This document shows positions 13,383 to 31,041 of a DNA stretch of 64,000 nt, piece by piece. Made by a program: the position numbers and the translations under genes. The stretch is from Dimorphilus gyrociliatus (taxonomy: Eukaryota > Animalia > Annelida), in assembly GCA_904063045.1 (NCBI GenBank), contig CAJFCJ010000001.1, positions 558,001-622,000 of the forward strand, read 5' to 3'. The number at the start of each line of letters is the position of its first letter. The stretch's first letter is position 1. The notes beneath the pieces are model-generated. The model was not told where the DNA came from, made no database searches, and saw only the letters and a program-made list of their open reading frames with translations.

Positions 13383-13580
13383 CTCTTGTTAAAATTTCAA
13401 TTGTAAACCTAAGCCCGGACGAAATATCGTGTTCAAACAGCTTCTGAATGGGCCTTCGTCTTTAAAGAAATTCTTTATATACTTTTTCTTTACTTAAAAG
13501 TCGTGGGCGCGATTTTAAAAAAAACTTGTTGAAAATTTCCTATTAGCCAAACTAACTACGATAATTTAATGAAGTAGGCG
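13383..13580 (-). promoter_or_regulatory. Core promoter / non-coding first exon of VWA-EGF paralog B
   Basis: GTATATAAAG at 13473-13482 (minus strand). GAG|GTAAG donor at 13382 pairs with the acceptor just before the ATG. Homologous to 4925-5095. Confidence 0.6.
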
Positions 13581-14329
13581 TATTAATTCGTATGACTCCC
13601 TGAAGGAAGGGGAGGGAATGTGAGTGATTAAATCTTTTAAATATTGTACACCTACTCAACAAAAGATGTATCCTAGTACGATAAAATAAACAAACATTTC
13701 ACCCCGTGAAGATATTAAAGATAACCTTTTTTATATATTATTTACATACAAATAAGCAAAATATGTTTAGAAAGGATGGCCTTCAAGTTAATTATTGTTT
13801 CTTCTATCTTCCTAGCAATATTTTAATGCATGTTTATTAATCTTCTATGGTTTTTTCTTCTACTATTCTTGATCCTATATCTACTCTTTTTATTCATTAT
13901 TAATGAGGAGATTGCAAATTTATGCAAAAATGTAAGAACAACACTCAAGAACGGTAAAGATGGGCGTGGTGTATTTTGTTATACGAACAACTTATTCTGA
14001 GAAATAAAATCTAGGAACGTAAAAATTAAGAAGAATAAATAGAACTACAATATTTTCACACAAAAAGTCAAAAGAAAAGGTTAAGGTTATGATATTATTA
14101 AATGAAAAATAAAATTTCTGAATAAAAGTCTATTTTTAGACAAAAGAAAGGGAAATATCTGAATATAAAAGATAAAGTATGTACATTTTTTCTTCTTTTC
14201 TTATCTAAAGGATTAATAGAAAAAAAGAATTTTTGAATATTAAAATTATTAAGTAAAACTTTCTAAGTGTTTAACATTATTCAAGAAGTAAAAGATAAAT
14301 ATTTAATCTCTCCCCGTGCCTTTCTTTCT

Positions 14330-14332
<3 letters not shown>

Positions 14333-14370
<38 letters not shown>
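14333..14370. repeat. (CT)n microsatellite, slightly interrupted
   Basis: Read directly. Confidence 0.9.
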
Positions 14371-15244
14371 TTCTTTTAATGTAAACCCTCTCTATCAAAC
14401 TTTACATTCTTTACTTTTGAATTTTTTTTCAGGTAGCAAGTGTAAATTTTCATAGTTTATTATTCATTAACCTTATTGGTTATTTGCTAACTGAAAGAAA
14501 GTGAAAAGAGTAGAAAAGATAGATGAAGGGGAAGTTGTGGGAGGAGTAGGAGGTGTAAGGGATTAAGAGTAAAAAAGAGAATAGAATAGAATAGAAAGAG
14601 AAGGGTGGACGATTACGCTGTTACGATAGTTTGGTTAATATTAAATTTAAATGAAAAAAAAAACTTGTGTTTGTTCTAAATAGAAAGAATTCAATCTTTT
14701 TTTTTTTTACTATAAATAAATGATTGTGAACAAACTTTTGAAATTAAATACGTTGTTTTTTAATGGCTTGTTTATCGATTTCATGTCTATATGGTTACCG
14801 CTCTACTAGGCTTAATTATTGATAAATATTTAGTGAATAGTATTCTATTACAGTGTACCCGTGGAAAAATATTTTTTCTCATTGTCTTATGAAAAACTTG
14901 TAAATTAATTTCTTTATATGTTCTTCTTTTCTTATTCGAAATATAACGATTAATTAACTATTAAAAAAAATAAAGTTTTCCCCGCCATTTTGAAAATCTT
15001 CAATTTGCTATATTCTGATTCAAAACGATATCGAAAGTACGTATGATATGTCTCTTCAGACATTTGATCTTTTTAAAAACAAATATGATTTTCGTATCCA
15101 ATAAATTCCGTTATTTTAATTAACATTTTATTTTATAATAAGTTATTATATTCATTTAGAACATTCAAAAAATGTGAGAAGGATGCATTATCAAATCGAA
15201 AGTAAAGTCTATATTTTTATTTTCGTTTCATATCTATAAGAAAT

Positions 15245-17370
<2,126 letters not shown>

Positions 17371-18672
17371 ACTAGATGTGTTTTACTTTTGTGATGTCTC
17401 TTCTTTTCTTTTTAAAAATGAATCTAAAAGTATGCCATCTATAGTTTTATATCAGAACTAATTTTCTCAAGCTTCGTCGATTCATAAAATAAACAAAATA
17501 GAGCACGTAAAATCCATACAGTAAATAATTAATAGATAATCCACTTTACTTATATCATACAGAATTAGTTTAAAAAAATAAAGTTGAACTCTGAATAATA
17601 GGCTTGCCTTATGAATTATTCCACACGTTCATATTAAGAGCGGTAGAGAGAAAGAGAGCAGAAAGGGAAAGAAAATACTGTATGATATAAAGAGACGCCG
17701 CTAATTACAGATTATCATAGATATCTTGAGAAAGAGAGAGGAGAAAGAAACTAATAAAATCAGTAATAATCTACAAGGCTTCGAGACAAATCATATTAAA
17801 CGTTTATATTAATAAAAGTAGAGATAAAGGAAATGACATAAAAATTGAATTAAGTACAGTTAAAAGTAACATAAACAATCGGTAATAATAATAGCAACAA
17901 GGATAAAAAAGAATAATTTATATATCCTTTTTACCATTTGTGTATTTTATCTATTATATTCATATTTTTGCCTTTTTCATGCTTTTATAATCGGGGGCCC
18001 CCAACCCCATTAAACTTTTTCTAACCCTGGCTAAACAAACGTAAATACATATAATCAATTAAGGCCTACAATATCTTGACTATTTGTTTTTTTTTTAAGT
18101 AATCCGACTCTTATTTACACTTTTAAAAAAGTTAAATGAGAGCTTTTACTCTTTTTCACGTTGGTAATATATTCACATTTTTCTTCATTTATTACCAAAT
18201 ACAATATTGTTGTATAAACAAAGAAACCTTGTAAAAGAAGTAGTAAATTCGTTAATAGCACGTGTTCTTAATCTATCGATTACGTGATTCCATACATTGT
18301 GGATTATTCTTTTCGTTTTTTATTGCACTATTTAACTGCCCAAGGGTGTTAAACATTCTAATACTTCAATATCATTTTAATTTGTTATCATATCAAAGAG
18401 AGTGTCAAATCCCTTATCCTTATCGCTCATTTCTTATCAAAATATACTTTTTATGTTCTGGGATTGTTATTGAATTTGACTAAATAATAGAATGGGACCC
18501 AATGACGCGGTCTGTTTTCAATCTCAGATAGTTAAATAAGGCAATTGGACTGGAACCGTACTATTTACTCTCTACCGTTCTTTGCAGTTAAAATCGAATA
18601 GCTTTGCAGTCTGGATAGACGACTATATCTTCCCTTGTTTAAACCATTAGCATTAAAGATAAAGGGAGGATC

Positions 18673-21600
18673 ATGAAGTTACATTTAGAAGAAAACCGGT
18701 AAGATATCCTTCCAGATTCTCTATCTTTCCCTCTTTTTCTCTCTCTATATGTTAAAATAAATAGGAGAAAAAAGTAATTGGGAACAGTAGAATATTATGA
18801 GTCAATATAAGAAATAAACGATACAGTATGAAAAGTAACTTCCCCGTTGGTGCCGTTAAAAAAACTGCACATTGAATCAACCTACTAGTTCGAGCACGTA
18901 GCTAATTACCTACTTATATGTATATATGATATTGTATACATATATAATTCCTCCCTTTAACAGAAAAAAGGATTATAAGTGCTAATTGCCAAAACTATGG
19001 CGACACGGACAATGAGTTGTTGTTTAGGCTTGTCCGGGAATCGAACTTTTTCAACCACCTTAAAAAAACGGTGAATAATAAGGCCTATTAGAAAACAAAG
19101 ATATAAATCGTTCGAGAATATTTTTAGTGCAATTCAATTATGAAGTAATTAAGATATTTAATATGAATTTTGGAATAAAAAAAAAGCTGTTTAACAAGTA
19201 TTATATAACAATCGTTTAATAATTTCGGCTATTAAGTATACATATACCTATATACCATATACAGGATTAGATAGGGAAAAAGCAGATTAGTGTCCACAGG
19301 TAAGTTAACCTAAAACATTGTTTTATTACTTGACACCTGCTGTGAAAACTTTTGATTTACGATCATATAGCATGCTGATTGGTTGACACGTATTTGTGAT
19401 TTAAAAAATATGTGAATATGTAATCATAGAATTTTCTCTACTTTCGTTAATAACTAAAGCGACACTGCCTTTTCTACAACGCAGAGATATAGTAGAAGAG
19501 GAAGAGATGAAGAGGAAAAGTAAAGGTGAAATTCGTCCCGATTCGTCTATCGCCGGTGAAGATCCCACAAGGTAATTATCCATTTATCTACCAAAGTAAA
19601 AGTTTAACATTTGATTTTATATTGTTTTATTTCTTTTGTTCTCGGAAAATCTTTAACAATATTCGATAGATTTATGAACACTTACATAAAGCTTCATTCA
19701 TTACTTAGTGATTAGTGAACAAATTCAAAAGAACACTTTGCAGTCTTTCAATAATATTTCAATAGTAAAACTTTCCCAGTTTTCGACCGGCTACTGCAAT
19801 ATTACAGTAGACGGAAATTAGCTTGTTTGTCTTATAAGTTGTGTTTGCCCAGGAGAAATGAGTTTGACGACTACTTTATATTATTATTAACCTTGAAATT
19901 GCCTATTTTTACCTATCGACTAGAATGTAATATATATGACGTCAGAAGACAAAACTTTTCTCTTCTTTTCTTGGATTTTTTTTAAACCTATGCAAAGACT
20001 GCAACAAACGCTTCTATTCAATTAAATAATCCTAAATATTGTTTTTTTTTCTTTCTTTCATTCCATACGATATAAGGCTCATATCAGAGCATACATTGGG
20101 AAAAAGAGGTGGATCCTTTGAACTCCCCTTTGGTGGAAAGTTGATCGTACCGTCTGGACTATTTTCGAAGAAAGAAGTAGTTACAATTTGTGCTGTTTCA
20201 CCCACTGATCGTCATAAATTCGCACCTATTATTCAATTGGGTGAATCAATTATAAGCGAAGCAAGTTTTTTTTTAATTTTTTTATTGCCAGTATTATCTT
20301 TTAAAAGCGGAATTAAATTATGTAATAATGCGTAACAGGTTTTTCTTATTGCAACCACTGCAAAGAAAATAAAACAGCCCTTGAATTTTAAATTACCTGT
20401 AGTCTTACCGAAGAGTGACTTTCTATGTGTTAAGCTGATGATGAGGCCGATGAATTCGGCCGTATGGAACAAAGTCGATTGCGTGATAGAGGTAAGTTAT
20501 GAGCTGGAGTGTCTAATTGAACGTAGTAATCAATAAGTTGTTCAATAAACGACTTTATCAGGCTCTTTAACGTTTCTAGGCTGACGATGAAGGTGACGGA
20601 AGAGTCGATTTCGAAACAGCCAACGGCGGGATTTATGTCGCTTTATCGACTCCTAAAAGCGAACATTTTCCGATACCGTCTCAAGGTTATTTACACAATG
20701 CAAAGCTATGCCATCAGATATCAATAAGAGCACCAAAAGGTGCTACACCAACCGACATTGAAGCTTTCTTATATGTTATCCCTTTAAATGTGGAAAATCT
20801 AGAAGCTGTTCGTCTTGAACATCCCAAAGAAACTGCTGATTTACTTAGTGCGTCGAACTTCTTTAACATTGAACCAAGCGACGTTCAATTTAAACGTGCT
20901 CTAACAGTCAAGTTACCGCTCCCCGGAGATATTGATGAAAATGATAAAGATGACTTGTGTATCCTACAATGGTCAGAAGATGGCGTTGAACAGGGCTGCT
21001 GGCATTGGAAATGGCATAAGACAAACTATCGTTTTTCAAGAAACACTGTCCAATTTGATACGAAACGATTGGGAATGTTTTGCATAGCAAAGTCAAAGCC
21101 TGGACGATTACAAAGGCTAAAGGAAGCCGTTCGATATATAACACCTTCGCTTAATGCTACTTATAGGGGCGACATTGTTGTTACTGTTCAACTTCGGACT
21201 AAATCTTGGTCATTGTGGGTGGATATTGCTCATCAATCAAACTTAGAAGCCGTCAGACAGTCCAGACTGTCTGTTGGCTTCTTAAACGCTATTGAAAAAG
21301 AAGATTCGGACATAGCGGAGCAAGCTCCTGTAAAGGCAACTAGTTATCGGTCACTTGGTCGTAGAAGAAAATTTCAACAAGAAGAAGAGGACACTGAACT
21401 AGAGAACCTTACTTTACAAGATGGTGTGTCATATTCTCTAAAAATCTCCGGTGATGTTCGTGTTCGGAAGGAACAGCCTTCGACAAATACAGCTATAACT
21501 GTTAACAGTATTGGTACAGCGTCAAATGACTCTGATGACTTGAATGTCTATACATATCCAAATCTAGACAGAAGTTATAGGAAAATAAGTATAGAACCGG

Positions 21601-22356
21601 ATTCTCAAATTGAAGCTGGTAAACCTGCAGCATTCACGGTTGCCTGCGTCTGCAACTCTTCCAAGGCCATTGTTCGTACGTTCAAATTTGAAATAAATTC
21701 ACAAGCTGTCGAAGATTATCTTGCACCTGAGCCAGAACCAGAGGTTGAGGAGGAGGAAGTTGAGCCTCCAAAACCAGAGACTCCCCCCCCTCCTCCACCA
21801 CCAAAGCCCCAACCGAAGGAGGATAGGAAAATTTCATCCTCGTTCGTTCGTTTGACGACTCCCAAACGAAGAGTTGAACCGATAGTTCGAGAGGCCAAAG
21901 TATTATCAGGAAAATCTCTGAGAATTTTAGCAAGAGAAATCCAAAATGGATTGACTTTAGCAATCTATTTGGACTTAAGCGATTCATCAATAACTGGAAT
22001 GGGTTTTGACGCGATTGCAACGGGAGCAACATTAAGCGACATTACTTATCGAATTTTACTAATGTGGAAAAGAGCAACTTCAACTAAAATGAAAGTAAGA
22101 TTTGTTCTCAGACGAGAAAATAGTCTATTTTATATATAAATACTTTCTTTATGAAAAAAAAACATATTTCATTAAAATGCAACTGCTGTTTGTTTTTCAG
22201 TCGCGCCAAGTAGACCTGCTATGTGCAGCTCTATCCGAAATGGGACGACCTGATCTATCAGCAGTTCTCCATGAATGTCATGAAACTAACAGCGAACTTA
22301 CAGAAGCTGCCTTCCATGTTAATGATATGAGAAACACTCCCGCCAGTTATGTTTGA
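18673..22356 (+). CDS. ZU5-ZU5-(UPA-like)-death domain protein (DTHD1/PIDD1/ankyrin-type supramodule)
   Basis: Exons 18673-18698 (less certain), 19485-19571, 20077-20260 (GC donor), 20339-20491, 20580-22094, 22201-22356. ZU5-like GKRGGSFEL..GGKLIVPSG and EPSDVQFKRALTVKLPLP, an acidic/Pro-rich linker, and a C-terminal death-domain pattern (LRILAREI...RILLMWK...LCAALSEMGRPDL). Alternative start ATG at 19507. Confidence 0.8.
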
Positions 22357-22516
22357 TGGATGTCAACTAAAACTGTACTCTTTTCCAGATGTCAACTGCA
22401 ACGTTAAAATTTTTATTTGACTGAATATTAATACTTTATTCTTTTATTACAACTTTAATATGCAAAAAGTATTCAAGGAACATGCTAAGCCATAAAAAAT
22501 GAAACACAAGTAATGC

Positions 22517-23326
22517 CTACGTACGAACGCTAAATATCATTGATAGGAATTCTTCAAAGCCAACAGTGATTTGGCCTTTTCTTTGCGAATCTTTCGATGC
22601 AAATGTAGAAGTTAACGACTGAATGAAAAAATTTTATTTATATAAATAATATAATCAATGCAAATATTTACAAGATTATTATACTCACTTGAACAGCCAC
22701 ACAGCATTGTATAAAATCGTCGAATGCCATTTTACCATTGTGACGATTGAATTTTCTCATTAATAGTCCTATAAAATCTTGACTAAATCGATAGCCTGAA
22801 TGATAAAGGCGTGAAATAAATTTTGTAAAAAAAGAAATAAAATTATTATTCATCACAATGACTAATTTTAAATTATTCAGTCTTACCGAATTGTTGAAAT
22901 GCTTGGGCTAGTTCATTTTGATCGACAAACCCAGAATTATCCCGATCAAAACCTCTAAAAGTTTGCTGCCATTGATTTATATACGCCCATAGACGTTGAA
23001 AATTTTCAAAGTTAATTTGGCCAGATCTACTGCTATCGAACATCGAAATCATAAGTTTTATAGTTTCCTCATTAAAAGGGATATGAGTTCCATTTGATAA
23101 GGCGCTTTGTAATTCCTGTGCATTGATAAATCCACTACGGTCCTTGTCAACTCTAAAATTTAAAAATTTAGGTTTTATTACATTGTGATGATTAATATCT
23201 TTCTTACGCTTGAAAAATTTGACTCAAGTTTGGTTGGTTTGGATTTGGAGGTGGGGGTCTTGCAGGAGGATTGTTATATCCTTGGGGCTGTTGATAACCC
23301 TGTCCCTGTCCGTATTGGTACGCCAT
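22517..23326 (-). CDS. PDCD6: Penta-EF-hand protein, ALG-2/PDCD6-like
   Basis: Four exons give a Gly/Gln/Pro N-terminus, then VDKDRSGFINAQELQSALSNGT.., FDRDNSGFVDQNEL, GYRFSQDF..MAFDDFIQ and GFEEFLSMIFSV, matching ALG-2. Peflin is the alternative assignment. Confidence 0.85.
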
Positions 23327-23537
23327 AAATCGCTCGGTTCTTTATTGACAAATGATACTAGTCCTCTAATGGCTGGCGGAGGAAGTCAGCTTTATACTGT
23401 TTCCGGTTATAATGCCACGTTGATTCTCGTATTATCTCTCGAGACCTAAAATGGCTACATGATAAATAAACCTCTAGTAACATTTCTAAATTGATTTTTA
23501 CATTAATTCGGCTACCTCATCAGCTTTCTTTAGTAGT

Positions 23538-26500
23538 ATGAGAATCTTACGATGGTGCATTGTCACCATTTTATTTTGTATGATATGTCGGGAATTAACA
23601 GAGGCTATGAGCAAAAATGAAAAACGTCATTGGAGGTTTGTCAAATCTCATTTAATTTTATTCTATGATCGTCTATTATATATTTTAAACGAAAAAACTA
23701 TAGGGATAAGATTATAGAAATGTTTCGACACGGATACTCAAGTTACATGGTACGTTATTAATTAATTTAAAAAAACTTTTTTCAATTCTGCCTGCTTGTA
23801 GACATATGCATATCCAGCTGATGAGTTAATGCCTCTAAGTTGTAAGGGGAGATATAGGGGATCAGAACCATCTCGGGGAGATATAGATGAATCATTAGGA
23901 AAGTATGTAGCTTTAAATATTCTTAAGGCGATTTAATTTACAAATTACCTCTTTCTACGTAGCTATTCTTTGACTTTAATTGACACGTTGGATACACTAG
24001 CAGTTCTAGGAGAAGTTAATGAATTTGAATCAGGCGTCAAAAGAGTCATTGAAAATGTTCGTTTTGACACTAACGTTGTTGTCTCAGTTTTTGAGATGAA
24101 TATTAGAGTGATCGGTGGCCTCTTAGGAGCTCATATTCTCGCGGATAACTTCAAAGAAAACGGAATCAGTATGTCTTGGTATAAAAATGAACTTCTAACA
24201 TTAGCAACAGATGCGGCTGAACGTTTACTACCTGCATTTAATACAACAACAGGAATTCCTCTTCCACGAATTAACCTAAAGCATGGAACAAAATATTTGT
24301 CAAATTTTAAGGAAACTTGTACAGCTTGCGCAGGAACAATGATCTTAGAAATGGCAGCCCTAAGTAGATTAACTGGTCAAAGGATCTTTGAAGAAAAAGC
24401 TGTCAGAGCGCTGGACGCTTTGTGGTCTTTACGACACAGAGGAACAGATTTAATGGGTACTATCCTTAACGTTCATAGCGGTGAATGGATTAGACGCGAT
24501 AGCGGTTTAGGAGCTGGTATTGACTCCTATTATGAATATTTATTAAAGGCTTATATTTTGTTGGGAGAAGATAAGTATTTACATAGGTTTTCTGTCCATT
24601 ACGCAGCTTTAAAGAAGCATGTTCACCAATCTGGTAAATCTTTACCAGTGGATGTTCATATGCATAAACCAGAAAGTAATGCAAAAGCTCACGTTGATGC
24701 CCTATTAGCATTTTGGCCAGGTTTACAAGTGCTAGCCGGAGATGTTTCATCAGCTATAGAATTACATGAACTACTTCATCAAGTAACTGAACGTCATGGT
24801 TTTTTACCGGAGGCTTTCACAACCGATTTTCGGGTTCATTGGGCTCATCACCCTTTACGACCCGAATTTATAGAATCAACTTATTTGTTGTACGAAGCAA
24901 CAAATGATCCCCATTATCTTCGAGTAGGAGCTGACATGATAAGAAAAATAGATGAGCATACAAGAGTAGATTGCGGATTTGCTGCAATAAAAAATGTCAA
25001 TACAAGAGTGCTTGATGATCAAATGGATTCATTTGTTTTAGCTGAAACATTCAAATATTTATATTTACTTTTCTCTGAGCCAGAGGATTTAATTGTTGAT
25101 CCGCATAAATTCTTGCTAACTACTGAAGCTCATTTACTACCACTTTCCACAGTCATGCAAAAATCACCAACAAATGCTACATTTAACTTGAATTATTCCC
25201 AAAGGACTTGTCCAAATAGTGCTTTTAATGTTGAAAAGCTCAGGTCTCCTTTAAGAGATATTGTTCAAGAGTCTTGTCCGAGGTCAGGGGGCGATGGAAG
25301 AAGAAGGTTAGAAGCCAGGCAATTTTCCGCAGATAATTCTAATCATTTAGAGGAATTAAGGAAAATGGGTGTCAAATTAGTTACAATGAAAGATGGTAGA
25401 GTCCAACTAGTTCACTCAATGGTAGATGCCGATTCACCTAAACAAGCTCAGGATGGTCTTTTATTTATGCAGGAAATGATAGAGATGACAAAGAATTCAC
25501 AAGATCAAGGAAATTTACAAGAGCCCCGTATTGTTCAATTTTTATCAAGTCCATTTTTAGGACACAAGGTTCTAAATGGCGGCCCTGCTCAATTCGGTAA
25601 AGATTTGAAGGAGTTAGGACAAAATGGTATAGAGGGTGAACTGGCGAAAGCGGAGCCGTACAAAGGCTGCTCATCTCTTACAAATACAAAAGAAGTGTAT
25701 AACAAAATCGTTATTGTTGAAAGAGGAGCGTGTATGTTTATTGATAAGGCTAGAAATTTACAAGCAGCTGGTGCAAGTGGAGGAATTGTTATTGATGATA
25801 CTCCTGGCAGTAGTAGAGAAACCTCAACTTTATTTGCCATGTCTGGTGATGGAAAAGATGATGTTACAATACCCTTAATTTTTCTCTACCATAAAGAAGG
25901 CGAAGAACTGACAGATATTTTGTCTAAACACTCAGAACTGAAAGTTATGATTGCTTTCACTCCAAAATCAACTGACAGTATTTTAGAAAGAGCAACAGCG
26001 GATTCGAGCCAAGATAGTGGTGTAAAATCAGTTGATGGTAAACCAACAGACGCCAGTACTGAAGTGAAACATCATCTCTCAATAGAGGAAGTTAAAGCAG
26101 AACTTCGATATTTAATAAGTGATATCAAAGATACAGAGCTACACAGCGACGATTTTGCCGTTCGATTCACGATAGACATTATTAATGGACATCAGCAAAA
26201 AGTTCCAGAATATAATAGAGATGCTATATCCAATGCAGCATCAGACAGATTGATAGAAATAATAAGTAGCAAAATTCATATTAGCCCTGGAACTGCAAAC
26301 ATACTAAGAACATTAGTTAAAGCTGTTTGTTCTGGAAGTGCTATGGAGTTGAATGCGTATGAATCAGTAGTTATTAGAGAGTTAAAAAAAATGCTAGATG
26401 TATATATTGAGGCTAGAGACGAAAGAAATAATAACCGAGGAGAGTCCCTTCCTGATCCACCAAGCAATCCGCAAGTAATTGAAAGTACAGATGAAGTCGA

Positions 26501-26663
26501 ACAAATTGATATCGTAGAAGAAATAAGCCAAAAGGAAGACGATAGTATTGTTTCTGAAGAGATGCCAAACGATAACACTGCTCAAAACGATGAGACTATG
26601 CAAGAAGAAGCTATAGAAAAATTTGATGATAGGACTAGCTCAGATAACCGTGATGAATTATAA
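23538..26663 (+). CDS. EDEM3: ER degradation-enhancing alpha-mannosidase-like protein 3 (GH47 + PA domain)
   Basis: Three small 5' exons (signal peptide, [23 protein letters not shown]) spliced to a ~2.7 kb exon. GH47 motifs ([43 protein letters not shown]), a PA domain ([10 protein letters not shown]) and a C-terminal RDEL ER-retrieval signal. Confidence 0.95.
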
Positions 26664-26951
26664 GATTTGCATGATTTTGTTAAAATAATGGAAAATGTAC
26701 AGAAAAGCAGTGTTATAAAGACTTAAATACTGTTTGTTATCTTCCACTTGAGATATCTAACTGCTTTTGTTTTGCGTGTTGTTTGAAAATGTTAATGTCT
26801 TCCGAATGTGTCAATGTCCAAATCTAAATGAACAAAAATTAGTGATTGTTCCACTCAGAATGCATATCTAAATATGCAACATATATGTATGAAACTCAAA
26901 TATCATAAAGCATAATTTTAACAAAAAATAATTCATAATATAGTGGACCAA

Positions 26952-28373
<1,422 letters not shown>

Positions 28374-28752
28374 CTTCAAAAATCGCACATGTCTTTTTCA
28401 CTAGTTATTTTCGTACAAAAACCATTTTTTTAATTTCATATCAAAGTTAGAATAAGGATTATTTATCAATTCACTTGTTTTATACAAAAATATATAAATT
28501 TAATATTTTAAAAATATTCGAAAATACTCTATCAGTTTTTATTCGCATTTCACTTGTTCAACAAAAGTGGTTTAGCAGAGCCTGATTATATAATCAGAAT
28601 ATTTCATTATCGTTTGTAATAACGGAATCGCTTCTTTTTTCACCAAAGATAATAAGCATTTTTATAAATTATTTATCTGACTCAACTCTCGTGGCATAGC
28701 AAGTCCAATTAATTCTACCCCGCCCTTTCAGCACCTGCATATTATACCTATA

Positions 28753-30753
28753 ATGTCCAGCAAAGGTAGACATACAGTAAGTATCAAACACGTTGCTATA
28801 TTTAGTAACTAGATCTGTTGTTAATATTTAAGATATGGGATACATTTCATATCATAAGTTTCGATTTTCTAAGCCTTGACTTTAAAGCTTGAGTGTTGAA
28901 TTCCTTTAATAAAACATATCTGTGTACTATATGCTGAAAATTAATATAGACATATTGAGGATTTTATTTTCGTTTCCTACTGTTTCTTAAGCATTGTTTG
29001 TATATTAACAGAATACAAGACAAGAAGAAATAGAAAGAAAAAAAGAGGAGCGAGCACTCCGTCACTCTTATCAAAAAGAGCAGAGAAGAAATGAATATCC
29101 TACATATCAATCATATTTAGCTGACGATGAAAATGTTGACTCATTTAAAGCTCAGCTAAGAAAGTTAGGGTTGGATTTAAGAGATATTCCTGCAGACGGG
29201 TAAGGCATTAAGAAATATTGCTCAAACTTGATTTGCACTTTCACTTTCATTTTCGGTGAAAATTTCCTGTATTCAACAAAAAATGCACTATTAATGATAA
29301 AAATTTTAAAAATTCGTTCTTGCAGCAACTGTCTCTTCCGTGCATTAGGAGACCAATTAACTGGATCTATCGATCATCATTACAGACATCGGATAGATGT
29401 AGTCAATTATATGAAACAGCATAGAGAGGATTTTGAACCTTTTGTTGAAGACGACATCTCGTTTGATAGACATGGTATAAAAAAATAAACTATTCTTGTA
29501 TTGATATAAAACATTTTCATTCAATTTTCTTGCAGTCTCAAATCTTAAACATTGCGGTACTTTTGCTGGTAATGACGCTATTGTCGCTTTCTCTCGTCTT
29601 CATCAAGTAAACGTTATCATACATCAATATCTACAACCTTGCATAAATGTAAGCTTTTCTATAATTCTTCTAATTCAAATTTTAACTGTAAATAATACGA
29701 TTTGTTTCATTTATGATTAGATTATTGGTTCAGATCATCCGAATGCTCGACAACTTCATATTTCATATCACAATGGAGATCATTATTCCAGTGTTAGATA
29801 CATTGGAGATAATGGTAGACAACCAGCTAATGTTTGGGTGAATGTAAGTTTTGTTTTATTAATTATTATTAATAATAATTTACTTTAGTAAAATTAGTCT
29901 TTTTCTACATTTATAATTATAAGACTATATATAAACAAATATATTCACTGTTTTCGTTATTACCTAAAATCAACTCTACTAAGCTTATTAAATGATGATG
30001 AACAGAGAATTTTTTCAGAATAATCAACAGATCATGTCAGAATTGATTTATTTTCAGAATCGGGCAACTCCTCAGAGAAATTATCCAGAGCCACAAGCCT
30101 CTGTTTTCAATGCTGCCTCTTATTCATCTTCACACGGTGCAAGCTCAGCGTCGTCTGAAGTATCATCTAACTACAATTGGAATACCGGCAGACCTGTAGA
30201 GCAAATTGAACTGCTTACGAAAGAAAGAACTACGTATGTCCCAGCTGCAAAAGAAGGTGTTGCTAGAGTAGTGAGGGATCCTAACAGCATAGTTCAAGAA
30301 GTTGTTAGGATAACTGCCTGCACTGATACTGATTTCATTCACGACTTATTACATGAATATAACTACGATGTGAACTTAACAGTATTGGCAGTACATTCAA
30401 AAATGAATAATAAAAAGAAACATGTATATGATCAAACCGATTACACAACTGCACGTAATGAATCTCCAGAAAGTTTATCATCAAATAGTTCAGATGTTTC
30501 TTCTGATTCAAAGCCTGTTTCAACTAAAAACGTTAGTATTAACTATCACACTAAAAGTCGTATAACGTGTATTTCTTAATAACTCTAGCTGTCAAGTCGT
30601 CAAAAAAAGGAAATAAAAAAGAGAGAAAGAAAAAAAAGGGCTGAGGATAATAAACGCGCTGCTGCTAAGGCTAAATTGGAACAGAATAATAATAATAATC
30701 TACAAGCTGATACATCAAATTTAGAGAGGAGAATTGAAATGGTCACTATTTAA
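28753..30753 (+). CDS. OTUD3: OTU deubiquitinase (OTUD3-like)
   Basis: Seven exons. Catalytic DIPADG|NCLFRAL and [13 protein letters not shown], a UBA-like segment and a basic C-terminal tail. Stop at 30751-30753. Confidence 0.88.
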
Positions 30754-31041
30754 ATTATACAAAAACCTTCATTTAGGCATTGTTAAAACATTGTCATGGT
30801 TTTTTTTGCTTTGTATGACTTTTCGACTTTGTCAAAAGTCAGCGAAACTATATGATAGGTCATCATATTTTTCTTTGAAATATGCCATGTATTCATTCGT
30901 CAAACGGATATCAATATATTTGGTTTTTATTTAACTTTGTTTATGAATCGTATTAAAATAAACTGTATACGATGTACACTCATAGATTCCTAACCGGTTT
31001 CATTTACCGGTTTATATGTTATTATAATCAACTTCCTCAAT

